Assembly (NCBI GenBank): GCA_002897855.1
Contig: BDTO01000021.1
Span: 10,472 to 74,471, forward strand
DNA length: 64,000 nucleotides
Direction: 5' to 3'
DNA from: a bacterium BMS3Bbin05
GTDB taxonomy: Bacteria; Nitrospirota; Thermodesulfovibrionia; Thermodesulfovibrionales; BMS3Bbin05
The position numbers and the translations under genes were made by a program. The notes below the pieces were generated by a model that saw only the letters and a program-made list of their open reading frames with translations, did not search any database and was not told the DNA's origin. Positions 24,281-32,134 of this stretch are shown one piece after another. Each line of letters begins with the position of its first letter. The stretch's first letter is position 1.

Positions 24281-24793
24281 TTATTTTTCTATTCCTCTTC
24301 TCGCTTCTATGCCATTTCTGTAATAGTGCTTAACCTCTTTCATCTCCGTAACAAGATCTGCGACCTCTATAAGCTTGCCGTTCGCATATCTCCCGGTCAC
24401 GACAACTTCTACATTATCACGCCTTTTCTCCAACATATGGATAAAATCGTCAATATCGATAACCTTATAAAAAAGCGCAACATTAGCTTCATCGAGTACA
24501 ATAAGATCATAATCTCCCGATTCCAGTATCCCTGCCACTTCCTTCATCCCGGTTCTAACGGCTGTGATGTCCGCTTCCGAAGGCCTCTCATCAAAAAAAT
24601 CGCCCGTACCATATTGCCTGACCTGAATTCTATCATTTAATTTCTGCAAGACGCTTATTTCGCTGTAATCTCCCTTCTTAAGAAACTGTGCAAAGAATAT
24701 CCTGAGTCCGGCGCCATAGGCCCTCATGGCAAGCCCGAGCGCAGCGGTCGTCTTGCCTTTTCCCCTACCCGTATAAACCTGTAAATAACCCAT
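24281..24793 (-). CDS. cobO: Cob(I)yrinic acid a,c-diamide adenosyltransferase (CobO/BtuR type)
   Basis: It has the P-loop YTGRGKGKTTAALGLAMRA, followed by FAQFLKG...DLIVLDE. The ORF track starts at GTG 24835. ATG 24793 (MGYLQVYTG) fits family N-termini better. Confidence 0.85.
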   Translation of the reverse strand: MGYLQVYTGRGKGKTTAALGLAMRAYGAGLRIFFAQFLKKGDYSEISVLQKLNDRIQVRQYGTGDFFDERPSEADITAVRTGMKEVAGILESGDYDLIVLDEANVALFYKVIDIDDFIHMLEKRRDNVEVVVTGRYANGKLIEVADLVTEMKEVKHYYRNGIEARRGIEK

Positions 24794-24859
24794 CCGCCCT
24801 TCCGGATATCCCGTTCCGCGAACATAAAATGTCACCGCTCGCCGGCAATGTTATAAACA

Positions 24860-25213
24860 TCAGTCGCCCTTAATGCTCTGATTGAAGAGTTCATATAAAT
24901 TCGGCTGTTTGTAAGGGTCAATTTTCTTATCAAAAGATATTCCCATAAAATACAAGGTGTCCCGCTCTGTTAAACCGGAAACCTCACCATGAATGACATC
25001 CTTAATTTCTGATCCATACAAATTTATAAAATTCACTTCAATAGAAACCTTTGTTCCTTTTTTAAAAGGAGTTTCAATAAACACCCCCATCCCCCCCTCG
25101 GATATATTATTAACCATAACCGTAACGGGCTCGGCATCAGCAATATTTCTCTCTCTTATCGCCGCTGATGCTATATACGGATATCTGTGATGTTTCCGTG
25201 TACTATTTTTCAC
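24860..25213 (-). CDS. PilZ domain protein
   Basis: 117 aa with RKHHR (the RxxxR motif) and NISEGGMG (the D/NxSxxG motif). Confidence 0.75.
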   Translation of the reverse strand: MKNSTRKHHRYPYIASAAIRERNIADAEPVTVMVNNISEGGMGVFIETPFKKGTKVSIEVNFINLYGSEIKDVIHGEVSGLTERDTLYFMGISFDKKIDPYKQPNLYELFNQSIKGD

Positions 25214-25372
25214 ATTCCCGGCCCTTTTCTTGAAACACAGGTTATCATCAATCTCCGTCTTTTTATTTTATTATGATTACAGCCACAATGCAATGAAAAA
25301 GTCGAACCAAAAGAAACCCAAAAAAATTGTTCAACTAAATAGAGCCTGTGTATAAAGTAAGTCTCTCTATCT

Positions 25373-25449
25373 GTCATTTCCCGACTTAGTCGGGGAATCT
25401 ATTCTTTTCAATAAGTTCCGGACGCCCCGAACGCTTGCGGGACATGACA
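25373..25449. repeat. Pair of inverted GTCAT-headed hairpin (REP-like) elements
   Basis: The plus strand carries tgtcatttcccgacttagtcggggaatc at 25373-25399. The minus strand carries tgtcatgtcccgcaagcgttcggggcgtccgg at 25418-25449. Related copies lie at 44138-44162, 44219-44243 and 55136-55160. Confidence 0.6.
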
Positions 25450-25544
25450 AAAATAAAAAATGGCAATTTATGGACAGACACTGAATATTTCCTTATCATC
25501 AAACATTAATGGTATATTAAAAGATAAGGAAAAGGTCACTGATT

Positions 25545-26084
25545 ATGCCTAAAAAAGATAAACCATTGCCAACACCGCCGTCTACGCCTTTTGGTCGGAA
25601 GAAACGCCCGGAACATGCTGAAGAGAAATCACCCCTGCTTACTGACCGGTTAGCCACGGCTATGGCTGAGGGCAAGCTGAATGAATTTCTTGAAAAAGAG
25701 ATGCCGGAGAATGAGCATGCAAGAAAGCTTGCTGAAATGATGATGGGTATGACCGGAATGATGCCGATGCAGGGGAACCGGAAAAGGGAGGGGGAACATA
25801 CTCCCATGCCCCCTGAAGATATAGTTGATGCCGTAAAGACCGAAAACGTAGGCGACCTGGTCGGGCTTCTCAAAAGAGAGCATGAGAAACGCCATCCCGA
25901 TAACAAAATTAATATACCGGAAAAACCAAAATCATTTCCAGATGAAGAGTTATCAAACGAAGAAAAAGAAATAATCGACAGGTTAGTTGAAATCTCCACC
26001 GCGAATAAAGTCTCTCTTGACTGGTTAATCCTGAGAGCTCTCAAGTTTTATGTAAAGGAATATGAAAAGACCGGTAAACTGTAA
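25545..26084 (+). CDS. Hypothetical protein with a possible C-terminal ribbon-helix-helix
   Basis: 179 aa with a charged, Met-rich and probably disordered N-terminal part. The C-terminus EIIDRLVEISTANKVSLDWLILRALKFYVKEYEK resembles CopG/RHH folds. The antisense ORF 25517-26044 is Ser-rich and low complexity, so I disfavour it. Confidence 0.45.
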   Translation: MPKKDKPLPTPPSTPFGRKKRPEHAEEKSPLLTDRLATAMAEGKLNEFLEKEMPENEHARKLAEMMMGMTGMMPMQGNRKREGEHTPMPPEDIVDAVKTENVGDLVGLLKREHEKRHPDNKINIPEKPKSFPDEELSNEEKEIIDRLVEISTANKVSLDWLILRALKFYVKEYEKTGKL

Positions 26085-26116
26085 TCTAAAGACCCGCCGT
26101 CCGCATGACACCCGAT

Positions 26117-27262
26117 TTATGTATGATGCGGGTTAAGAAATTCCTGCACTTCTGCTTTGTTCTCAAGATGGTGCAAGGATATGTTTGGAACATCGGCATT
26201 TCCGGGAAGGGCAAGTACATGGATAAAGGTCAGACCCCTTACAGGCCTTTTAACTGCATCAGTTAACTGCTTTTTACCCGCCACTTTCACTGTATTCTTA
26301 ATTCCGAACCCCCGTGCGACAATTTCAAGGTCAACGCATGAGCCGGTAAATGTCGGTTGACTCCCGGTAGACCCGTATGCACCGTTATCTATGACAATAA
26401 TCGTCAGATTACCGGGAGCTAAGTGCGCCGCTGTCGCAAGTGTACCTGGATTCATGAGCAAACTGCCGTCACCATCTATTACAACCACCTTCCTATCAGA
26501 TGAAAGTGCAACCCCGAGTCCGATTGGAGTGGCCATTCCCATGCTTCCAAGCATGTAGAAACTGGAGGGTTGATGCTTTATGGAAAAAAGTTCCTTTGAA
26601 GGGATTCCTATATTGCAGACAACCAGTTTGCCATCAAGATAAGGTGAAATTATTTCTAATATCTCATAGCGCGTATATTCAGGGGCCAAGATATGACGAC
26701 CGGTATCCGTTCTGATCCGAGAGGCCACCGGATTCCTCTTCTCATCCTCCGGATTCCATTTATTTGCACACTCAACCTCCCACACCCTGGGGCTGAGAAG
26801 GAAGGCATGGATCCTGTTTTTTTCATAGACCATTTCAAGAGGTCTCTTAATCCTGGCAAGGTCTTCCCTTTTGTCGACAACCGTATACCCGACGCCCGAA
26901 GCCTTCAGCAGCCCTTTAACTGCATTACCCATCGGCTTCTGGGCAGCGATCTTTTCCTTATATATACCCCTGTGACTTATAAAAATTGCCAGCGGCAATT
27001 CATAAAATGACGTCAAGGAAAGGAGGGCATTGAGCATATTGCCGATACCGGAATTTTGAATAATCATAGCCGGCCTCTTGCCCGCAAGTGCCGCACCTGC
27101 TGATATACCCACCCCTTCTTCCTCCCGCGTCAGGGGGATATTGACAAATTCAGACGGGATCTTTAAAAGGAGATTCTTGATCCTGTCGCACGGGAGAGAT
27201 AATACATAATCTACTCCAACGCTTTTCATTATGCTTATCAGCTCGTCTTCCGGATTCCGCAT
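26117..27262 (-). CDS. comDE: Fused sulfopyruvate decarboxylase (ComD+ComE-like, TPP-dependent); phosphonopyruvate decarboxylase not excluded
   Basis: 381 aa. The N-terminal half resembles ComD (GVDYVLSLPCDRIKNLL...EEEGVGISAGAALAG). The C-terminal half has the TPP motif (VIDGDGSLLMNPGTLAT...IVIDNGAYGSTG). It overlaps the upstream cysteate-synthase-like gene by 25 nt. No PEP mutase gene is in the window. Confidence 0.7.
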   Translation of the reverse strand: MRNPEDELISIMKSVGVDYVLSLPCDRIKNLLLKIPSEFVNIPLTREEEGVGISAGAALAGKRPAMIIQNSGIGNMLNALLSLTSFYELPLAIFISHRGIYKEKIAAQKPMGNAVKGLLKASGVGYTVVDKREDLARIKRPLEMVYEKNRIHAFLLSPRVWEVECANKWNPEDEKRNPVASRIRTDTGRHILAPEYTRYEILEIISPYLDGKLVVCNIGIPSKELFSIKHQPSSFYMLGSMGMATPIGLGVALSSDRKVVVIDGDGSLLMNPGTLATAAHLAPGNLTIIVIDNGAYGSTGSQPTFTGSCVDLEIVARGFGIKNTVKVAGKKQLTDAVKRPVRGLTFIHVLALPGNADVPNISLHHLENKAEVQEFLNPHHT

Positions 27263-28497
27263 ACAATCTCCTCGATCTCTGAATCGGATATCTCCTTTGA
27301 TATAAAACGGGGCTTTACAATATGAACCCCCTTTTCTTTTCTGAATCTCTCTTCACCACCACCTGTAATATTCAGCAGTACCAATTCATCCCTTTTGACA
27401 TGTTCTTCCTTTATGGCCCGGCTAAGAGCAGCAACAGCGACTCCGGATGCAGGGACGATATCAATACCTTCAGCCTCTGCGAACTCCTCCATCGCCTTAA
27501 ACACCTCATCATTTTCTATGCCGTACATCCGACCATCTGTTGCCCGGAGAGCATCATATACCCCGCCTTTAACCGAATACGCCGGATACCGGTTGGACAA
27601 CACCCGCGTCGTTATCTCAGAAATCAATTCCGGTCTGAGGTCCTGTTTATCGAGTTCCCTGCTCCCCCTCTGCCATGCCTTCGGCATGGGAGCAAAGGGA
27701 AGGTTCTGTGCGAGATGGAGCTGCGGCAGTTTTGCGCCATACCGCCCGTCTCTTAGAAAACGCTCCGACATCTCCCATACGCCGATAGCACCTGTACCGC
27801 TGCCAACGGCCTGGAAATAGTGGTCAGGCAGAGTGCCTATCTCAGAAACCGCCTCAAGCATGACAACTCCCAATCCGTCCCTCTTTGCAATATTTTTTAC
27901 TCCCCCCTCAAACGGCATATTAATAGTTTGTGATATCCTCTTCGCGACATCAATCGAATCAGCATAATCCCCGTCTTCGAGTGCAAATGTAGGCACGACA
28001 AGAGAAGATTCAAGATACCACATCTCAAGGAGACACATCTTGGGAACAACTATAATAACCGGGAAATTTGAAATCACGGACAGGTGCGCAAAGGCCCTTG
28101 CCGTATTACCGGCAGATGCCACTACAAGCCCTTCAACACTGTTTTCCCGGGCATTCTGGAGGACAACGCCGGCTTCAAACTCCTTGAACGTACAACTCTC
28201 GATCGCTGCCCCTTTCTCCGGCCAGTACCCGTTAAAGGCAATATAAAGGTTTTCAAGGCCGAGATCACCGGCAAGTCCCTTCGATCTGTATATGACGGGA
28301 CCGTTCTGGTGAAAGTCGGGCGAATGAACCGGAATCCAGTTAAATCTCCATATACCCTCTCCCCTGTCCTCCCTGAACTCTTCTTCCTTGTAATCCGTAA
28401 CAAGGAGGGCATCCTTACAATGCTCACAAAAGGCACAGTAGACCTCCTGTAAAACCTTGCCGCATTTCCTGCATCTGATATTAAAATGGCTCATCAA
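27238..28497 (-). CDS. Cysteate synthase-like PLP enzyme (threonine-synthase fold)
   Basis: 419 aa with an N-terminal Cys4 zinc ribbon (CRKCG...CAFCEHC), a candidate PLP-lysine context CTFKEFEA, and GSGTGAIG and ITGGG blocks. The call relies on remembered resemblance to the methanogen cysteate synthase family and on coupling to comDE. ATG 28494 is the likely start. Confidence 0.6.
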   Translation of the reverse strand: MMSHFNIRCRKCGKVLQEVYCAFCEHCKDALLVTDYKEEEFREDRGEGIWRFNWIPVHSPDFHQNGPVIYRSKGLAGDLGLENLYIAFNGYWPEKGAAIESCTFKEFEAGVVLQNARENSVEGLVVASAGNTARAFAHLSVISNFPVIIVVPKMCLLEMWYLESSLVVPTFALEDGDYADSIDVAKRISQTINMPFEGGVKNIAKRDGLGVVMLEAVSEIGTLPDHYFQAVGSGTGAIGVWEMSERFLRDGRYGAKLPQLHLAQNLPFAPMPKAWQRGSRELDKQDLRPELISEITTRVLSNRYPAYSVKGGVYDALRATDGRMYGIENDEVFKAMEEFAEAEGIDIVPASGVAVAALSRAIKEEHVKRDELVLLNITGGGEERFRKEKGVHIVKPRFISKEISDSEIEEIVCGIRKTS

Positions 28498-28545
28498 ATA
28501 TTTCCTTTCCCCTCTGCTGTCCAGAACATTTCAGTATTACACCTT

Positions 28546-28722
28546 ACACGCAACGCGGAGTGTCGAAAAAACATAATAACGACTCCTTTAAAACGTGCAG
28601 AACCTGTATTTACCCTCTTCGTATTGCTTTTTACCCATTTTAGGTGTATCTTCCATATTAAGGTCTGCCATTTAATATGTCCGTCGATTTATTATGTTTA
28701 TGAGGCATTCCGCGTTGCATGT
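28546..28722. repeat. Nested long inverted repeat in the HdrD-like / cysteate-synthase intergenic region
   Basis: The arm at 28546-28583 (acacgcaacgcggagtg..aaaaaacataataacgac) pairs with the arm at 28683-28722 (gtcgatttattatgttta..cattccgcgttgcatgt). About 100 nt lie between the arms. Matches are 15/17 and 15/17 with a 2-nt bulge. Confidence 0.7.
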
Positions 28723-28759
28723 ATTGCTATTTCAAACAGATAGGTTCTTTCCCTTGATT

Positions 28760-29971
28760 TCAATCTCCTGATATTAACTCCGCAATTAACTCCATTATAT
28801 CTACAATCCTGATCTGTTTGTCGTATCCCTCCATTGCCTCATTGACCTTTGAATAGCACGCAGGACAGCTAAGCACCAGTCTGTCCGCTCCTTTCCCGAC
28901 GGCCTCGTCAATAGTCAATCTCCCCATAGCAATAGCATTATCGTGAAAGACCTTACGGGCCGCTCCGCCTGCCCCGCAGCATCGTGAGTCGAGTCCGCTC
29001 CTGTCAAATTCAATGAGTTCCACACCCGGTATGCTTTTCAGAACAGACCTTGGCTCCTCTGTCACACCCACTCCCCTGCTCAGGTAACAGGGGTCATGGT
29101 AAATCAGTTTCTCTTTCAATCCTTCTTTAAAATGAAATTTACCATCTTTTATTGCATCTGCAACAAATTGCGTAATATGCCTTATCTTAAAGGGAAGTTC
29201 CTGTCCATAAAACAACGGCCAGTCCCTTGCCATGATATTTACACAGCACGGGCATGAACTTATGAGCAGCTTAACTCCCTTAATCCTGTATGCATCGACC
29301 AACCTTCTTGTTAAATCCTCAAGCCTGTCATGCTGGCCGGTGATGAATAGCGGGAACCCGCAACACACTTCTTCTTCGGGCGGAAGCATTGTGAATGGTT
29401 CACCAATAGCGCCGAGGGCAAGCACATCTCCCCGCACCATAGCCTGTGACTCATATGCACCTGTACAGCCCGCATAGTATCCTATCTCCGCTCTCCCGGC
29501 AACCTTTACTTCTTGCGGGAACCACGGCCTGTATCTTTCTTCAGCAGGTTTATCATATGGATTCCCTGTCCGTTCTATCACCTTTGGCAGGTTTGCCTGG
29601 GGTCCTAACGGCCCCAGCCCCATATCAACCATTTTCTTTCTTAAAAAAGGCCAGAGGCGCTGGCTGAAGATTCCCACTTCACAACTCTCTCCGCATGCAC
29701 CGCATGTTGTGCATTCAAAGACCGCTTTTGCAAACTCTTCAAGCAACTCCCTGTTTACCTTCCGGGGACCAAAAAGTCGAGCCTTAAGCCCCTCGGTATT
29801 ATTAATAAGGTCCCTGTACATCCTGATCTTTTCCGGTGGAGATATACCGCGATTTCCTGTAACCTCCTGGACGGGACACCACTTCAGACACTCGCTGCAC
29901 CTTGTGCAGGCGTCTAACTCTATAAGATGACGTTTGGTTAATCCTTCAACAAAAGATGTTTTTTCAGTCAT
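28760..29971 (-). CDS. HdrD/DsrK/HmeD-like Fe-S protein (two 4Fe-4S motifs and two CCG domains)
   Basis: 403 aa with CTRCSECLKWCP and CTTCGACGESC ferredoxin motifs. It has two CCG-type Cys clusters (EEVCCGFP...SSCPCC and DSRCCGAGG...LSCPAC). Confidence 0.8.
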   Translation of the reverse strand: MTEKTSFVEGLTKRHLIELDACTRCSECLKWCPVQEVTGNRGISPPEKIRMYRDLINNTEGLKARLFGPRKVNRELLEEFAKAVFECTTCGACGESCEVGIFSQRLWPFLRKKMVDMGLGPLGPQANLPKVIERTGNPYDKPAEERYRPWFPQEVKVAGRAEIGYYAGCTGAYESQAMVRGDVLALGAIGEPFTMLPPEEEVCCGFPLFITGQHDRLEDLTRRLVDAYRIKGVKLLISSCPCCVNIMARDWPLFYGQELPFKIRHITQFVADAIKDGKFHFKEGLKEKLIYHDPCYLSRGVGVTEEPRSVLKSIPGVELIEFDRSGLDSRCCGAGGAARKVFHDNAIAMGRLTIDEAVGKGADRLVLSCPACYSKVNEAMEGYDKQIRIVDIMELIAELISGD

Positions 29972-30773
29972 GGACCAACTCCATTAATTTCGATTTCCTC
30001 ATACCGGCCTCCAGAGTAGTAATCTGGGCAGCAAACATATGAAACTGTTTGGAAAACGGGAGAAAAGCGATGAAAAAAAGTGCCGTTGCGGCATGAAACA
30101 CCCAGAAAATTCTGTACAATGACAGGAGAATGCCATCATCCGGGATCCAGGCCTTAATAACTACCGAAAAGGCTGCACCCACAGGTGACCAGTCCATAGA
30201 AGGCGGATTAAATCTTGCCAGACGAATTCCCTCAATGCAGAATCCACTGACGGCTATAATAAGCATAAGAATAAGGACAGCCGCGTCATCCCATGCCGAG
30301 ACTACCGCGCCTCTGGAGAATATGTATCTTCTGAGGATGAAAAACAGAAGTCCTATGATAAAAAAACCGCCTGAAATGTCCAGTACAAGAGAATAATAGA
30401 GGTAAACTCCGCCTTTCAGGATATCCGCACCCATGTCGTAATCAATTGCAACAATTATTGTGCCGATAAAGAGAACAATAAATCCCCAATATACAAACAA
30501 AAGCATCACTGCCCGGAGTTTACTCCGCTCAACAACCCGTTTGGCAAACAGACAATCCCTTGAAAAGATATAGAGTAAACTTATTCTTGCCAGTCCCAAA
30601 GTAGATTTTTTAGGGACAGGATCATTCGGGTCATCTCCGCCCTTAAACCAGGTTGATATTCTGAGCCATGAACCGGTAAAAAAAACAATAATAGATATTG
30701 CAGCGGCGATATAGAAGATAGTCCTTACCAGTGATGGGATATCATTGAAAACTTCTCTTGACTGGTCTATCAT
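29964..30773 (-). CDS. Integral membrane protein, HdrE/DsrM/NarI-like (putative b-type cytochrome partner)
   Basis: 269 aa with about 6 predicted TM segments and conserved His residues in helices. It overlaps the HdrD-like gene by 8 nt. The assignment rests mainly on pairing and topology. Confidence 0.6.
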   Translation of the reverse strand: MIDQSREVFNDIPSLVRTIFYIAAAISIIVFFTGSWLRISTWFKGGDDPNDPVPKKSTLGLARISLLYIFSRDCLFAKRVVERSKLRAVMLLFVYWGFIVLFIGTIIVAIDYDMGADILKGGVYLYYSLVLDISGGFFIIGLLFFILRRYIFSRGAVVSAWDDAAVLILMLIIAVSGFCIEGIRLARFNPPSMDWSPVGAAFSVVIKAWIPDDGILLSLYRIFWVFHAATALFFIAFLPFSKQFHMFAAQITTLEAGMRKSKLMELVHD

Positions 30774-30796
30774 TTTAATCCCTTTAATTATTTGCT

Positions 30797-31744
30797 TCAG
30801 CCCATCATAAGGGGACTTTTCAACAATTCATTTCTTTGAGCAGACCTTAGTGTGTTTTCAAGCAGCATCGATATTGTTACAGGACCGACTCCGCCCGGCA
30901 CGGGTGTTATCAGGGAAGCCTTTTTCTTGACGGATTCGTAATCTACATCTCCGACGATGGTTCCGTCATCCAGCACCTTTATACCTATATCAACGACAAC
31001 AGCGCCTTCCCTGACCATATCACCTCTGATTAAATTTCGCACACCGGTTGCGGAACAGACAATATCCGCATGTCCCAGGAAATGTCCAAGGTCATATGTC
31101 CCGCGATGGCAGACTGTCACCGTCGCCTCTTTTGCAAGCAACATATTTGAAAGAGGTTTTCCTACAGCAAGGCTCTTGCCCACCACAACTGCATGCATGC
31201 CTTTCATCTCTACACCGTAAAATTCCAGGAGCCTGATCACACCAAAAGGGGTACATGGGAGAAAACTTGATATCGAGGGCCTAAATCTGCTTTCATGAAG
31301 CAGTTCATAAGACCCCTCCCTGAATATCTGGAAAGTGGATTCATCAGCGGCAAGACGTCCTACAGAAATAGCACCAAGGCCGTCAACATCCTTCCCGGGT
31401 ATTATCTCATTAACCACCCGTCGCGCATTGATTCTCTCTGGCAGCGGAAAAAGGACAAGCAGGCCGTTTATCCTCTCATCGGTGTTACAGGAATGAATAA
31501 CATTAAGGACCTCATTAACAGAGGTGTTCCCGGACAATTTGAACTCGTAAGACGTAATGCCGACCTTTTTGCATGCCTTGAGTGTAGCAAGGAAATACTG
31601 TTCTGATGCTGGATTATCCCCAACCAGCAACAGTCCGAGCCCAACCTCAATTCCAAAACCTCTGAGTTGCTCTACTTCTTTTCTGACATTATTCTTTATT
31701 TTATCTGAAAGTACCCTTCCATCCATAATCTGCGTCATGGACAT
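30797..31744 (-). CDS. folD: Bifunctional methylene-THF dehydrogenase / methenyl-THF cyclohydrolase
   Basis: 315 aa with GKDVDG, VVVGKSLAVGKPL and TPVPGGVGPVT motifs. It carries a 23-residue insertion between DVDG and CTP relative to E. coli FolD as I remember it. Confidence 0.93.
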   Translation of the reverse strand: MSMTQIMDGRVLSDKIKNNVRKEVEQLRGFGIEVGLGLLLVGDNPASEQYFLATLKACKKVGITSYEFKLSGNTSVNEVLNVIHSCNTDERINGLLVLFPLPERINARRVVNEIIPGKDVDGLGAISVGRLAADESTFQIFREGSYELLHESRFRPSISSFLPCTPFGVIRLLEFYGVEMKGMHAVVVGKSLAVGKPLSNMLLAKEATVTVCHRGTYDLGHFLGHADIVCSATGVRNLIRGDMVREGAVVVDIGIKVLDDGTIVGDVDYESVKKKASLITPVPGGVGPVTISMLLENTLRSAQRNELLKSPLMMG

Positions 31745-31755
31745 TACCTCCGTGT

Positions 31756-32076
31756 TCAGTCATCTTCCTTGATAAATTCCATATGCACATCCTTTGGCAC
31801 TGCAAGTCCCGCCTCTACCTCAAGCACCTTAAGCACACCGGATGGTACGGGGCACGATACGTGCTTCAGACACACCGAAGCCCTGACATAGACCGGGTTA
31901 TCCGTTATTCTCTTGAATGCATCCATGAATTCCAGCTCCGGCATCTCGGCGCCGAGTTTCTGTACCATCTCACATTCTGAAGAAACCGTCACTGCAAACT
32001 TTTTACCGGCCTTCTTTTCTACTTTGACAACCGTGGAAAAACCGCATATGCCTGAATTTATCTTCACTTCAGTCAT
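31756..32076 (-). CDS. Small four-Cys protein of unknown function
   Basis: 106 aa with Cys at positions 11, 35, 69 and 75. It is tightly packed between the RACo-like gene and folD. I do not recognise a family. Confidence 0.5.
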   Translation of the reverse strand: MTEVKINSGICGFSTVVKVEKKAGKKFAVTVSSECEMVQKLGAEMPELEFMDAFKRITDNPVYVRASVCLKHVSCPVPSGVLKVLEVEAGLAVPKDVHMEFIKEDD

Positions 32077-32134
32077 CTTTCAGCCCGGATAATTCATAAA
32101 CCATCACTGCTTCTCCATGCCCCGGTGATTTTAT

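Noticed and set aside
25517-26044. A minus-strand 175-aa ORF almost exactly antisense to 25545-26084.
   Set aside because: It is Ser/Phe/Ile-rich and low complexity with no SD. The plus-strand ORF has a purine-rich RBS region and a plausible RHH-like C-terminus. Neither ORF is certain.
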